From NCBI GenBank assembly GCA_021154885.1, contig JAJKHS010000055.1, positions 1,559 through 65,558 of the forward strand: a stretch of DNA of 64,000 bases, read 5' to 3'. The notes under the pieces were generated by a model, which was not told the DNA's origin, did no database searches, and was given only the letters and a program-made list of their open reading frames with translations. The translations under genes were made by a program, and so were the position numbers. The DNA is from Thermoanaerobaculum sp. (GTDB lineage: Bacteria; Acidobacteriota; Thermoanaerobaculia; Multivoradales; UBA5704). This document shows positions 20,603 to 29,090 of the stretch, one piece after another; within the stretch, counting starts at the first letter, position 1; the number at the start of each line of letters is the position of its first letter.

Positions 20603-21988
20603 ATGTTCGAAGATCATCCGACTGTCGAGGATTTCACCGGCTTCCTGCAGGACGCCTCTCGACCGGGCCACGCCGCGCGCAACGCCAGAATCCTGCGTCA
20701 CCTCCTGGCCGAGTGTCCGGCCTGCCGTGGCGAGCTTCAGGCGATGGGGTGGCCGGCCCGCAGGCTGGAGCGGCTGGTCTACCTCCCTGGCGCCCAGAAC
20801 GGGCAGGCCGAACCCCAGGGCACCGGCGGCTTCAACTATGCAAACGCCTTTGCGAGGGCTGATCAGTCCGTCTCCGATCTCCTCATTGCGACTCCGCAGC
20901 CGGCGGTCCCGCCCAGTCAGCTCCTGGAGGAGCTGGACCGGACGGCTCGCGACCGGCAGGTCGCGCTGGTGGAGGAGGATGAACGGTTCGCCAGCCCCCG
21001 GTTGGTTCACTGTCTGATCGAGCGCAGCCACGAGGATCGCTACTCGGACCCCGACGCCATGCTGCACTGGGCGAGCGTAGCCCGCAGCATCGCGACCCGC
21101 TGCTCGCCCGAGACTCTGGGCAACGCCGCCAAGGTCGCGGACCTGAGGGCCCAGGCCTGGGGCCAGTATGGCAACGCGCTGCGCGTGGCCGGCCGGTTGC
21201 GGGAGGCCTCGGAGGCGATGATTACGGCTCAGGGCTACCGCGAGGGGGGAACGGGAGAGCCCGCCCTACACGCCAAGCTCGCGGAGCAGGTCGCATCGCT
21301 GCACACGTTTCAACGGCGTTTCGACGCCGCCATCGCCAGCCTCGAGGAAGCAGCGGAGATCTACCGCCAGCTCGGAGAGAGTCACGCGCTGGCGAGGACC
21401 CTGGTGCAACAGGCCATCGCCTCGCTCTACGCCGGCGACCCGGAGAGCGCGGTCCAGCTCCTGAACCAAGCGATCCCGCTCATCGATCACGAGGAAGATC
21501 CGCATCTCCTCCTCGCCGCCTGCCACAACCTGGTCCATTCCTACATCGAGCTCGACCGGCCCGAGCAGGCGCTGTCGATCTACTCCGAAACCCGGGAGCT
21601 GTACAAGGAGTTCAGTGACAGCCTCATTCAGCTCCGGTCCGGCTGGCAGGAGGGGCGAATCTTGCGTGACCTGGGTCATCTGAGGGCGGCTGAGATGGTG
21701 CTCATCCAGGCGCGCTCCGGTTTCATGGAGCGAGGGCTCATCTATGAAGTGGCCGTGGTGTCCCTCGACCTCGCGGCGCTCTATGTCAAGATGGGCGCCA
21801 TCGATGACGTGCGGCAGACCGTGGTCGAAGCCGTGCCCATCTTCCGTGCCCTGGGAGTAGACCGCGAGGCCCTCGCCTCCTTGCTTCAGCTTCAGCAGGT
21901 CGCGCACCAGGAACAGGAGGCCTTGGATCTCATTCGTTTCCTTAACGCGCGTATCGAGCCGTTCTCCCAGCGGAGACTGCTCCGATAG
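20603..21988 (+). CDS. cytoplasmic ZAS-like zinc-finger (HxxxCxxC) + TPR-repeat protein, paralog 1
   Basis: N-term MFEDHPTVEDFTGFL...ILRHLLAECPACRGEL (H-x3-C-x2-C as in zinc anti-sigma factors); C-terminal ~350 aa TPR-like helical repeats ending ASLLQLQQVAHQE. Confidence 0.55.
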   Translation: MFEDHPTVEDFTGFLQDASRPGHAARNARILRHLLAECPACRGELQAMGWPARRLERLVYLPGAQNGQAEPQGTGGFNYANAFARADQSVSDLLIATPQPAVPPSQLLEELDRTARDRQVALVEEDERFASPRLVHCLIERSHEDRYSDPDAMLHWASVARSIATRCSPETLGNAAKVADLRAQAWGQYGNALRVAGRLREASEAMITAQGYREGGTGEPALHAKLAEQVASLHTFQRRFDAAIASLEEAAEIYRQLGESHALARTLVQQAIASLYAGDPESAVQLLNQAIPLIDHEEDPHLLLAACHNLVHSYIELDRPEQALSIYSETRELYKEFSDSLIQLRSGWQEGRILRDLGHLRAAEMVLIQARSGFMERGLIYEVAVVSLDLAALYVKMGAIDDVRQTVVEAVPIFRALGVDREALASLLQLQQVAHQEQEALDLIRFLNARIEPFSQRRLLR

Positions 21989-22231
21989 CCTTGACCGCGA
22001 GGCCGGCCGGCTTGCAGCCGCCGGCCTCGCCCCCTTTGACGCCGGTGCGCGCCCCCGTCTCCATCCCCTCCCGACCGCTCTTCTGCGATGTCTCTTTCCC
22101 TGGCATCAGGCCTTGTCACGTTTGTCCGGGTCTGAACACCATCTTCTATAGAGAGACATATATTGAAGGTCGGAAATTCGCGAGTGGCAGGGCCTTTCGT
22201 CCTGCCTGGATCTCGCTGATTGGGAGGAAAG

Positions 22232-22558
22232 ATGGCCATGTATCGCAAGTCTCGTTCCCTCATTGCCCCTGTTGCCGCACTTTCGATCCTTCTCGTGCTA
22301 CCGATGACGGCCGGCGCCCGCGGGCTGAAGGCTCCGCATCCCACGATTGGGGTCGCGGAGAGCTGGCTGAATGCCGCGTTCGACTGGCTTCAGGGCGGCC
22401 TGTCCCACCATGGTCAGGGGAGCGGTCACCCTTCCACCGGAGCGTTGGCCAGCACTTGGGAGACGGCGGATCCTCCTCCCCCACCGCCCGCCAACAGACC
22501 GGGAGGATCGTGCATCGACCCTCAGGGCGATCGGCCGTGCATCGGGATCGGAGGTTAG
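22232..22558 (+). CDS. small secreted protein B (paralog of 20183-20533)
   Basis: SP ...LPMTAGA; VAESWLNAAFDWLQGGL; PPPPPPANRPGGSCIDPQGDRPCIGIGG. Confidence 0.5.
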   Translation: MAMYRKSRSLIAPVAALSILLVLPMTAGARGLKAPHPTIGVAESWLNAAFDWLQGGLSHHGQGSGHPSTGALASTWETADPPPPPPANRPGGSCIDPQGDRPCIGIGG

Positions 22559-22621
22559 GCGTCAGAGTCGAGCCGGCAGGTCTCTCGTCTTTTGATTTGT
22601 TCTGTCGCTGGGAGGTGCCCT

Positions 22622-24010
22622 ATGTTCGATCATCACCCGACTGCTCAAGATTTCGAGGGATTCCTGCGGAGCTCCTCCCGGCCGGCAGGCTCGACTCGTA
22701 ACCCACAGATCCTGCGTCATCTGCTTGCGGACTGCCCGGTCTGCCGGGTCAGTCTCGGCATCCTCGGCTGGAGTGAGCAGCGCCTGCGCCTCTTGACGCC
22801 GCGGGACGGCGACTCCTTCCGTGAGCAGATTTCGGAAGCCGCGATCAGGAACAGCTACGACTACGATCGTGCCTTTGCCGCGGTGGATCGCGCCGTGGCC
22901 GCCCTGCTGACCCAGGAGAGACCGGCGGAAATCTCGGCCGAAGCCTTGATGGCCGAGCTGCTCGCGTCGCCGGCAGATCGCCAGGCCGAGCTCGTGGCCG
23001 GGCAGGGCGACCGTTTCGGCTCCCCGCCGTTCGTTCGCCTGCTGATCGACCAGAGCCACACCGCCCGCTACCGGAACACGGAGGAGATGCTGCGCCTCTC
23101 CGGCCTGGCGCGGCTCGCCGCCACGGCCTGCTCTCCCGAGCAGGCCGGCAACGAGCTGCGGCTCGCCGATCTGCGAGCCCGGGCCTGGGGCCAGCACGGC
23201 AATGCCCTCCGCGTCTGCGGCAGGCCGCGGGAAGCCGAGGAGGCGTTCGCCACGGCGCAGGGCCACCGGCTCGCGGGGACCGGAGATCCGGCGTTGCGGG
23301 CCTGGCTCTTCGAGAAAATCACGCCGCTGTACATCTTCCGCGAGCGCTACGAAGAGGCCGTGGAGCTCTGCGAGCAGGCGGGCCAGATCTACCAGGACCT
23401 CGGGGAGCGACACCTGCAGGCCAGCACGCTCGTCCAGAAGGCCGTCGCCTGCGTGTACTCCGGGGAGACCGTGGGCGCGATCCGCACCCTCAACCAGGCC
23501 ATCCCGCTCATCGATCACGACGAGGATCCCCACCTCCTGCTGGCCGCCTGCCACAACCTCATCCGCTGCTACATCGACCTCGGCCGGCCGGATCAGGCGC
23601 TGTTGCTCTACTCCGAGACCCAGGACCTCTATCACGAGCTCGACGACACTCTCATCCTGTTGCGGGCTCTCTGGCAGGAGGGTCAACTGCTGCGCGATCT
23701 GGGCCACCTGCGGGCGGCGGAGACGGCCCTGCTGCGGGCGCGCAAGGGCTTCCTGGAGGAAAACCTGATCTACGAGGTGGCGCTGGTCTCCCTCGACCTT
23801 GCCTCGGTCTACGTCAAGCTCGGTCTGGTCGAGGACCTGAAGGCCACGGTCGCCACGGCCCTGCCCGTTTTCCAATCCTTGCAGGTAGAGCGCAAGACAA
23901 TCGCCTCGCTGCTCCAACTCCAGCAGGTCGCGGACCAGGAGTACCAGGCGCTGGAGCTGATCCGGGTCCTGAGCTCCCGCATCGAGCCCCTCGCCAAGCG
24001 CTCTTCCTGA
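22622..24010 (+). CDS. ZAS-like zinc-finger + TPR protein, paralog 2
   Basis: MFDHHPTAQDFEGFL...ILRHLLADCPVCRVSL; same architecture and C-terminal ASLLQLQQVADQE tail as paralog 1. Confidence 0.55.
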   Translation: MFDHHPTAQDFEGFLRSSSRPAGSTRNPQILRHLLADCPVCRVSLGILGWSEQRLRLLTPRDGDSFREQISEAAIRNSYDYDRAFAAVDRAVAALLTQERPAEISAEALMAELLASPADRQAELVAGQGDRFGSPPFVRLLIDQSHTARYRNTEEMLRLSGLARLAATACSPEQAGNELRLADLRARAWGQHGNALRVCGRPREAEEAFATAQGHRLAGTGDPALRAWLFEKITPLYIFRERYEEAVELCEQAGQIYQDLGERHLQASTLVQKAVACVYSGETVGAIRTLNQAIPLIDHDEDPHLLLAACHNLIRCYIDLGRPDQALLLYSETQDLYHELDDTLILLRALWQEGQLLRDLGHLRAAETALLRARKGFLEENLIYEVALVSLDLASVYVKLGLVEDLKATVATALPVFQSLQVERKTIASLLQLQQVADQEYQALELIRVLSSRIEPLAKRSS

Positions 24011-24018
24011 TCTCCGCT

Positions 24019-24052
24019 CCCGGGGCGATGCGGCTCATCGCACCGCCCCGGG
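24019..24052 (+). terminator. GC hairpin after paralog 2 (cccggggcg...cgccccggg, 9-bp stem)
   Basis: Inverted repeat immediately after stop; weak U tract (tctt). Confidence 0.3.
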
Positions 24053-24131
24053 TCTTCGGTCCTCCCTTCGAACCCTCCTCCATCACGGCAACCGCTGGAG
24101 TATCCTCTTAGATGAGGGTAAACCGTCTCCT

Positions 24132-25481
24132 TTGAGCCTGGAGAACGGGTGCACTGCCGTGGAATACCATCTCAGCGCTGAAGACTTCGAGCGTCTCCTC
24201 GGGCGCTGCCCGCAGCCGAGCCACGCTGAAAGCAACGCCCTTATCGTCCGTCACTTGCTTACAGACTGTCCGGCCTGCGGCCGGACGCTCCAGGAGCTGC
24301 GCGGCGGGCGCGCATTACTGTCCCGTCTCCTCGAGGTGCCGCTCCCCCAGGAGAATCCGGAGAGTCCGGCCTCCCAACCTTTCAACTACGATTGGGCCTT
24401 CGCCCGCGCCGAACGTACTTTCGCTGCCCTGCTCGCCCACGGCCGCCCTCCCGAGCACCTGCCCGAGCGTTTGGCGGAGCTGGCCAGCCTGCCGGAGAGA
24501 GAACAGTTGCGGCGAGTCGGCGCCAACGACCGTTTCGCCAATCCCGACCTCATCCACTGCCTGCTTGAACGCAGCCATGCGGCGCGCTACCAGAGCCCTA
24601 GGAAGACCTTGCACTTGGCTCATTTGGCGCGTGCGGCAGCGGAGGCGTGTACACCGGAGGCGGCCGGCGGTGTCGGATCGCTCGCGGATCTACGGGCGGA
24701 GACCTGCGGGGCCTTCGCCAACGCAGAGCGGATTTGCGGCAACTTGACGGAGGCGGAGAGATTTTTTGCTCTTGCTTTCCAGTTTCAGAAGGCCGGAACC
24801 GGCGCTCCGCGCCTACGCGCCCTCTTGCTGTCCCAACTCTCCTCACTACGCCTCTTTCAGCGACACTTCCAGGACACGATCAAGCTCGCCGAGAAGTCCG
24901 CGACGATTTACTGTGGGCTCGGTGAAGACCATCTCGTGGCAGGCGTCATGGTGCAGCAGGCCACTGCACTGCTTTACTGTGGAGATGTGGAGAGCGCGGT
25001 CGAGACCCTCCAGCGGGCGATTCCCGGGATCGACCGGAGCGAGGACCCCCGGCTGTTCTTGGCCGCCCAGCACAACCTTGCCCGCTGCTATATCGATCTC
25101 GATCGGCCCGAGGAAGCCCTTGCCGTACACTTCAATGCACGCGAGCTCTATCGAGAATGCCCGGACCCGCTGATCCTCCTGCGGGCGATCTGGCAGGAGG
25201 GACAACTCCTGCGGGAGATCGGCCACCTGCATAACGCGGAGGCCGCCTTGCTCCGCGCCCGGGAGGGATTCATGGAGCATCGATTGGCCTACGAAGCGGG
25301 ATCGGTCTCCCTCGACCTCGCAGAGGTATATTCGAAGCTCGGTCTCACCGCGAAGCTGCGGCAGACGATTGCGGAAGCGGTTCCGATCTTCCGCGCGCTC
25401 CAGGTGGATCGAGAGGTCGTCGCCTCTCTGCTCCGACTCCAGCAGGCCGCCTCAGAGGCGCCCGAGGAGAAGACCGGCTAG
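24132..25481 (+). CDS. ZAS-like zinc-finger + TPR protein, paralog 3 (no preceding peptide gene; start TTG 24132 or GTG 24159)
   Basis: VEYHLSAEDFERLL...IVRHLLTDCPACGRTL; C-term ASLLRLQQAASEAPEE. Confidence 0.5.
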   Translation: MSLENGCTAVEYHLSAEDFERLLGRCPQPSHAESNALIVRHLLTDCPACGRTLQELRGGRALLSRLLEVPLPQENPESPASQPFNYDWAFARAERTFAALLAHGRPPEHLPERLAELASLPEREQLRRVGANDRFANPDLIHCLLERSHAARYQSPRKTLHLAHLARAAAEACTPEAAGGVGSLADLRAETCGAFANAERICGNLTEAERFFALAFQFQKAGTGAPRLRALLLSQLSSLRLFQRHFQDTIKLAEKSATIYCGLGEDHLVAGVMVQQATALLYCGDVESAVETLQRAIPGIDRSEDPRLFLAAQHNLARCYIDLDRPEEALAVHFNARELYRECPDPLILLRAIWQEGQLLREIGHLHNAEAALLRAREGFMEHRLAYEAGSVSLDLAEVYSKLGLTAKLRQTIAEAVPIFRALQVDREVVASLLRLQQAASEAPEEKTG

Positions 25482-25520
25482 CGCAAAGGCGTCCTCGTGC
25501 GTCCTCCCCACTCGTACGAA

Positions 25521-25705
25521 CGCCCTCCCCAGTGGGGAGGCCTCTCTCCGCAGTGGGGACGCCCCTCGCCCCTAGGGGATGCCCCTCGCCCCTTATGGGG
25601 ATGCCCCTCGCCCCAGTGGGGACGGCCTCTCGCCCCAGTAGGGAGGCCCCTCTACCCAGTCGGGATGCCTCTCTCCCCAATGGGGAGGCCCCTCTTCCCC
25701 TCGCC
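25521..25705. repeat. tandem direct repeat array, ~8-9 units of 20-22 bp (consensus CCCAGTGGGGAGGCCCCTCGCC) in convergent intergenic gap
   Basis: Units read directly: cagtggggacgcccctcgcc / cctaggggatgcccctcgcc / ccttatggggatgcccctcgcc / ccagtggggacggcctctcgcc / ccagtagggaggcccctctacc / cagtcgggatgcctctctcc / ccaatggggaggcccctcttcc; unit length varies so not coding. Confidence 0.7.
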
Positions 25706-25733
25706 AAAGGCTCCGGCCCTGCTGGGGAGGGGC

Positions 25734-26123
25734 TCAGGTCCGGCTGCGCTCCTCTTTCCACAGCCGGCGCCGGGCGATGGCGTTCTTGACGACGCGCAGG
25801 CTCTGGTCGAACCGGCGATCGAGCGCCCGCTGACTCAGAGCCGCGGCGCCGGGCGCGGCCTTGTGCGCCCCGTTGCCCGGTACGGAAGCCCCGGGCTCGA
25901 AGCCGTACAGCCAAGCGAAAAAGTCCGGGGGCGTGGTGTTCAGCAGCGGAAGGACGTCGAGCACGTCCTCGAAGCTCAGCCGGTGTCGCCCGTCGAGCAG
26001 GTCCCGGAGCCGCCCCGGCTCCCAGCCGAGGTGCTGCTCCACCGACTCCAGAGGGATCCCGCTCTGGACGATCAGCTCGCGCAGCAAGCCGGCGATGCGT
26101 CGCTCTTCAGGATGTGTAGCCAT
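25734..26123 (-). CDS. XRE-family helix-turn-helix transcriptional regulator (start at internal ATG 26123 preferred)
   Basis: RRIAGLLRELIVQSGIPLESVEQHLGWEPGRLRDLLDGRHRLSFEDVLDVLPLL fits HTH_XRE pattern. Confidence 0.5.
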   Translation of the reverse strand: MATHPEERRIAGLLRELIVQSGIPLESVEQHLGWEPGRLRDLLDGRHRLSFEDVLDVLPLLNTTPPDFFAWLYGFEPGASVPGNGAHKAAPGAAALSQRALDRRFDQSLRVVKNAIARRRLWKEERSRT

Positions 26124-26247
26124 TGCTAAGTTCTTGCTTCCATCCATACTACCAGCAACTGCCCGGCGGAGCCAGAGGTGCGGACTCCCGGCGGCAAGCT
26201 TAACCCAACCCTTCGGCGCTTCAGGGTTCATGTAAAGTCCTCCCGGG

Positions 26248-26940
26248 ATGCGTCAGAACCTCTTCGCTCTTCCTCTGCGGGACACGGTCCACGGCCTCGA
26301 TCGCTGCCTCCATGCCGGCGTGCGCGGCCTGGCGCTGGCCGCCCTGGGCCTCGTGGCCGGCTGGTGGCTCTACGTCCCCCTGCATGAGCTCCTCCACGCC
26401 GCCGCCTGCCGGGCGGCGGGAGGCCGGGTGACTCGCCTGGAGATCGACGCGGCCTACGGCGGCGCCCTCCTGGCGCGCGTCTTCCCCTTCGTGGTGCCGG
26501 CGAGCGACTACGCCGGGCGCCTCTCGGGGTTCGACACCCGCGGCAGCGACCTGATCTACCTGGCGACCGACCTGGGGCCGTTCGTGCTGACGCTGTTCCC
26601 GGGGGTTTGGGCTCTGCGGCGGGCGGCGGCGGCCCGCCGGCCGCTCCTCTTTGGCGCGTCGCTCCCCTTCGCCCTCGCGCCCTTCCTGTCGCTCACCGGG
26701 GACGCCTACGAGATCGGCTCCATTCTGGTGACCCATCTCCCCCCCTGGGCGACGCCCGCCGTTCGCGGGCTGCTGCGGGGCGACGACCTGGGGAAGAGGG
26801 TTTCGGAGCTGGCGGCAGCGGCAGGCGCCCCCTGGGGGGGTGCCGCCCTGGCGGTGGCTGCCGGGGTGGTCTGGGCGTTCCTGACCTACGGGCTGGGGAG
26901 CGTCGTGGCGAGAAAGCTGGGAGCGCCGTCTCTCCATTAG
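26248..26940 (+). CDS. polytopic membrane protein with HExxH (HELLH) motif; DUF3267-like putative intramembrane zinc metallopeptidase
   Basis: VPLHELLHAAAC zinc-binding motif after first TM; ~230 aa hydrophobic. Confidence 0.45.
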   Translation: MRQNLFALPLRDTVHGLDRCLHAGVRGLALAALGLVAGWWLYVPLHELLHAAACRAAGGRVTRLEIDAAYGGALLARVFPFVVPASDYAGRLSGFDTRGSDLIYLATDLGPFVLTLFPGVWALRRAAAARRPLLFGASLPFALAPFLSLTGDAYEIGSILVTHLPPWATPAVRGLLRGDDLGKRVSELAAAAGAPWGGAALAVAAGVVWAFLTYGLGSVVARKLGAPSLH

Positions 26941-27968
26941 CCCGACAGCCGCTCCCAGTCGTTGTCGGGAGCGTCCGTGGCGATGGCGAGGCCGCCGTCC
27001 GAGCCGACGAAGATCGGGTCCTTCACCACCTTCACCTTGCCGCCGCCCACCGCCTGCAGCTCCTGCTCGAGGCGTTGCCCCAGGCCCCGGATGAGGCCCG
27101 TGCCGCCGGAGAGGACGACGTGGTTGCGCACCCGCTCCTGGTACTCGGGCTGCACGCGGGAGAGCAGGTCGAGCATGGACTCGGTCAGCGACGGCAGGAT
27201 GCTCTCGCAGGCCTGCTGCATCTCGCGGGTGATGTCGAGCTGGGTCGGCTTGCCGTTGACCGGGGCGGTGACGACGACCGGCGCCTTGGTGGTGCCCACG
27301 AAGCTCCCCTCCTCCTTCCAGTTGCGCACCATGTGGATGGAGAACCTGGCGTCCGGGTAGCGCTCGCGGGTGAGGCGCATGAGCTGGTCGTCGACGAAGT
27401 CGCCGGCCTGGGTGAGGGTGCGCTGGTCCTCCTCGGTGGGCAGGCGGCCGTTCATCACGCAGATGTCGGTGGTGCCGGCGCCGATGTCGATGATCATGGT
27501 GTGCAGCAGCTCTTCAAGACCATAGGCCACGGCGAAGGGCTCGGAGACGATCATCAGGCTGTCGACGGCGTCCTGGAGGGCCTTGCGCACCTGCTGCTTG
27601 TTGACCCGTAGCGCCTCGGCCGGAACGCCGACCACGGCGCGGACCTTCACGCCGTTCTTCGCCTCGCGATCGACGCCGACCAGCGACAGCAGGTGCCAGA
27701 GCAGCTCGCGCACGGCGGCCTCGTCCTTCTCCGAGCCGTCCTTGATCAGACCCTGCTCCAGGGGGCGGTGGAGGTCCAGCATGGAGCGGTTGTCCAAGGC
27801 CTCGCGGCCGACGAGGACGGGCTTCTTCAGGACCTTGCGAGCCACCATGTCCAGCGGCCAGCCGACGTAGCTCTCCACCACGTGGCGCTGGCCGTTGGAC
27901 GCCGAGATGGAGCTCCGCGACGTGCCCAGGTCGATCCCCACGTGGAGGACCTCTTTCTTCTCACTCAT
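26937..27968 (-). CDS. MamK-family actin-like filament protein
   Basis: GIDLGTSRSS, YVGWPLDMVA, HRPLEQGLI, VVGVPAEAL, IVSEPFAVAYGLE, IIDIGAGTTDICVM collinear with MamK motifs; RBS GAAAGGAAG; overlaps amidase stop by 8 nt. Confidence 0.75.
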   Translation of the reverse strand: MSEKKEVLHVGIDLGTSRSSISASNGQRHVVESYVGWPLDMVARKVLKKPVLVGREALDNRSMLDLHRPLEQGLIKDGSEKDEAAVRELLWHLLSLVGVDREAKNGVKVRAVVGVPAEALRVNKQQVRKALQDAVDSLMIVSEPFAVAYGLEELLHTMIIDIGAGTTDICVMNGRLPTEEDQRTLTQAGDFVDDQLMRLTRERYPDARFSIHMVRNWKEEGSFVGTTKAPVVVTAPVNGKPTQLDITREMQQACESILPSLTESMLDLLSRVQPEYQERVRNHVVLSGGTGLIRGLGQRLEQELQAVGGGKVKVVKDPIFVGSDGGLAIATDAPDNDWERLSG

Positions 27969-29061
27969 GGATCGGGCTTCCTTTCTCGCCGGCCACGGTC
28001 TCCGAAGCGCCCTCGCCGGCCTCCGCATAGGCGCGGATCCCCTTCGCCAGGGCTTCGGCGATGTACTGCCGGTACAACGGTTTGGTCAGCAGCCGGGCCT
28101 CGTCCGCGTTGGACAGGGAGGAGACCTCGGCCAGGATGGCGGGCATCTCGGTGGAGAGCAGCACGATGAAGGGGGCCGCCTTGACGCCCCGGTCCGCCAC
28201 CTCCGGGCTCAGCTTGCCCACGGACTGGAAGAGCGCGCCCTGCACCACCTCGGCCAGCTTGCGCGATTTGTCCTGTCGCACGCCGGCATAGATGCGGTCG
28301 AGGAGGTGGCGCATGTCGGCCATGGAGTAGCCGGACTCCCGGTTCTCCGCCGCCGCCAGCCGGGTCAGGTAGGGGTCGTCCGTGGGACCCAGATAATAGG
28401 TCTCGACCCCCCGCGAGCGGCGATTCTCGATCCAGTTGAGATGGATAGAAACGAAGATGTCGGCCCCCGCGCGATTGGCCAGCGCCCCCCGCTGCTCGAG
28501 GGAGACGTCCCGGTCGCTCTCGCGCGTCATCACCACCTGGAACTCCTGGTCCAGCAGGCGCTTCAGCCGCACGGCGATGTCGAGCGTCAGGTCCTTCTCC
28601 AGCACTCCCCGGGGAGTGCTGGTGCCGACGCTGGTGCCGCCGTGGCCGGCGTCGATGACGATCTTGCGCACGGCGAGGGGGAAGATCGCGGCGTCCACGG
28701 GCCGAGGGGCCGAAAGGCCGGCGAGCGCCGTCCCGTTCGCCGAAATCGCCGACGCCGCCAGGATGGGCTGTGGCGCTTTCGCCGGCACCTTCGCGGGACG
28801 CGGCGCGGCGGCGACGGCCGGGCGGGGCTCGGCCAGCGTCGAAAGCAGCCGCGAGGAGCCGAACAGGGCCAGGGAGAGCAGGGCGAGGGAGGCGAAGCGC
28901 AGGACCAGCCGCAGGGTATCGCGGCGGCGCAGGACGCGCGGCGGCCGGCCTTCGATCAGGTCGACGTTCTGCTGCACCAGGTCCCGGAGGAGCTGGCGCT
29001 TGATACGGTCCACGTTGGCCACGTACTTCACTTCGTCCCGGCGAATTTCAGGGGCATGCAT
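27961..29061 (-). CDS. N-acetylmuramoyl-L-alanine amidase (Amidase_3, AmiC-type) with N-terminal TM anchor and no AMIN domain
   Basis: KIVIDAGHGG...GTS...EKDLTLDIAVRLKRLL...VVMTRESDRDVSLEQRGALANRAGADIFVSIHLN; start ATG 29059-29061 in frame; track N-extension rejected. Confidence 0.78.
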   Translation of the reverse strand: MHAPEIRRDEVKYVANVDRIKRQLLRDLVQQNVDLIEGRPPRVLRRRDTLRLVLRFASLALLSLALFGSSRLLSTLAEPRPAVAAAPRPAKVPAKAPQPILAASAISANGTALAGLSAPRPVDAAIFPLAVRKIVIDAGHGGTSVGTSTPRGVLEKDLTLDIAVRLKRLLDQEFQVVMTRESDRDVSLEQRGALANRAGADIFVSIHLNWIENRRSRGVETYYLGPTDDPYLTRLAAAENRESGYSMADMRHLLDRIYAGVRQDKSRKLAEVVQGALFQSVGKLSPEVADRGVKAAPFIVLLSTEMPAILAEVSSLSNADEARLLTKPLYRQYIAEALAKGIRAYAEAGEGASETVAGEKGSPIHE

Positions 29062-29090
29062 TCTACTACAGGCGCGCCGGCTATCGCCGA

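Noticed and set aside
25521-25705. Tandem repeats as a CRISPR array (same question for 56205-56470)
   Set aside because: Repeats are contiguous 20-22 bp units with no intervening unique spacers (CRISPR needs repeat+spacer ~55-75 bp periodicity); no cas genes in window.
25497-26129. 210-aa plus-strand ORF with PQWGRP repeats (and 25532-25789)
   Set aside because: Translation of the non-coding minisatellite; unit length is not a constant multiple of 3 and the ORF runs antisense through the XRE regulator gene.
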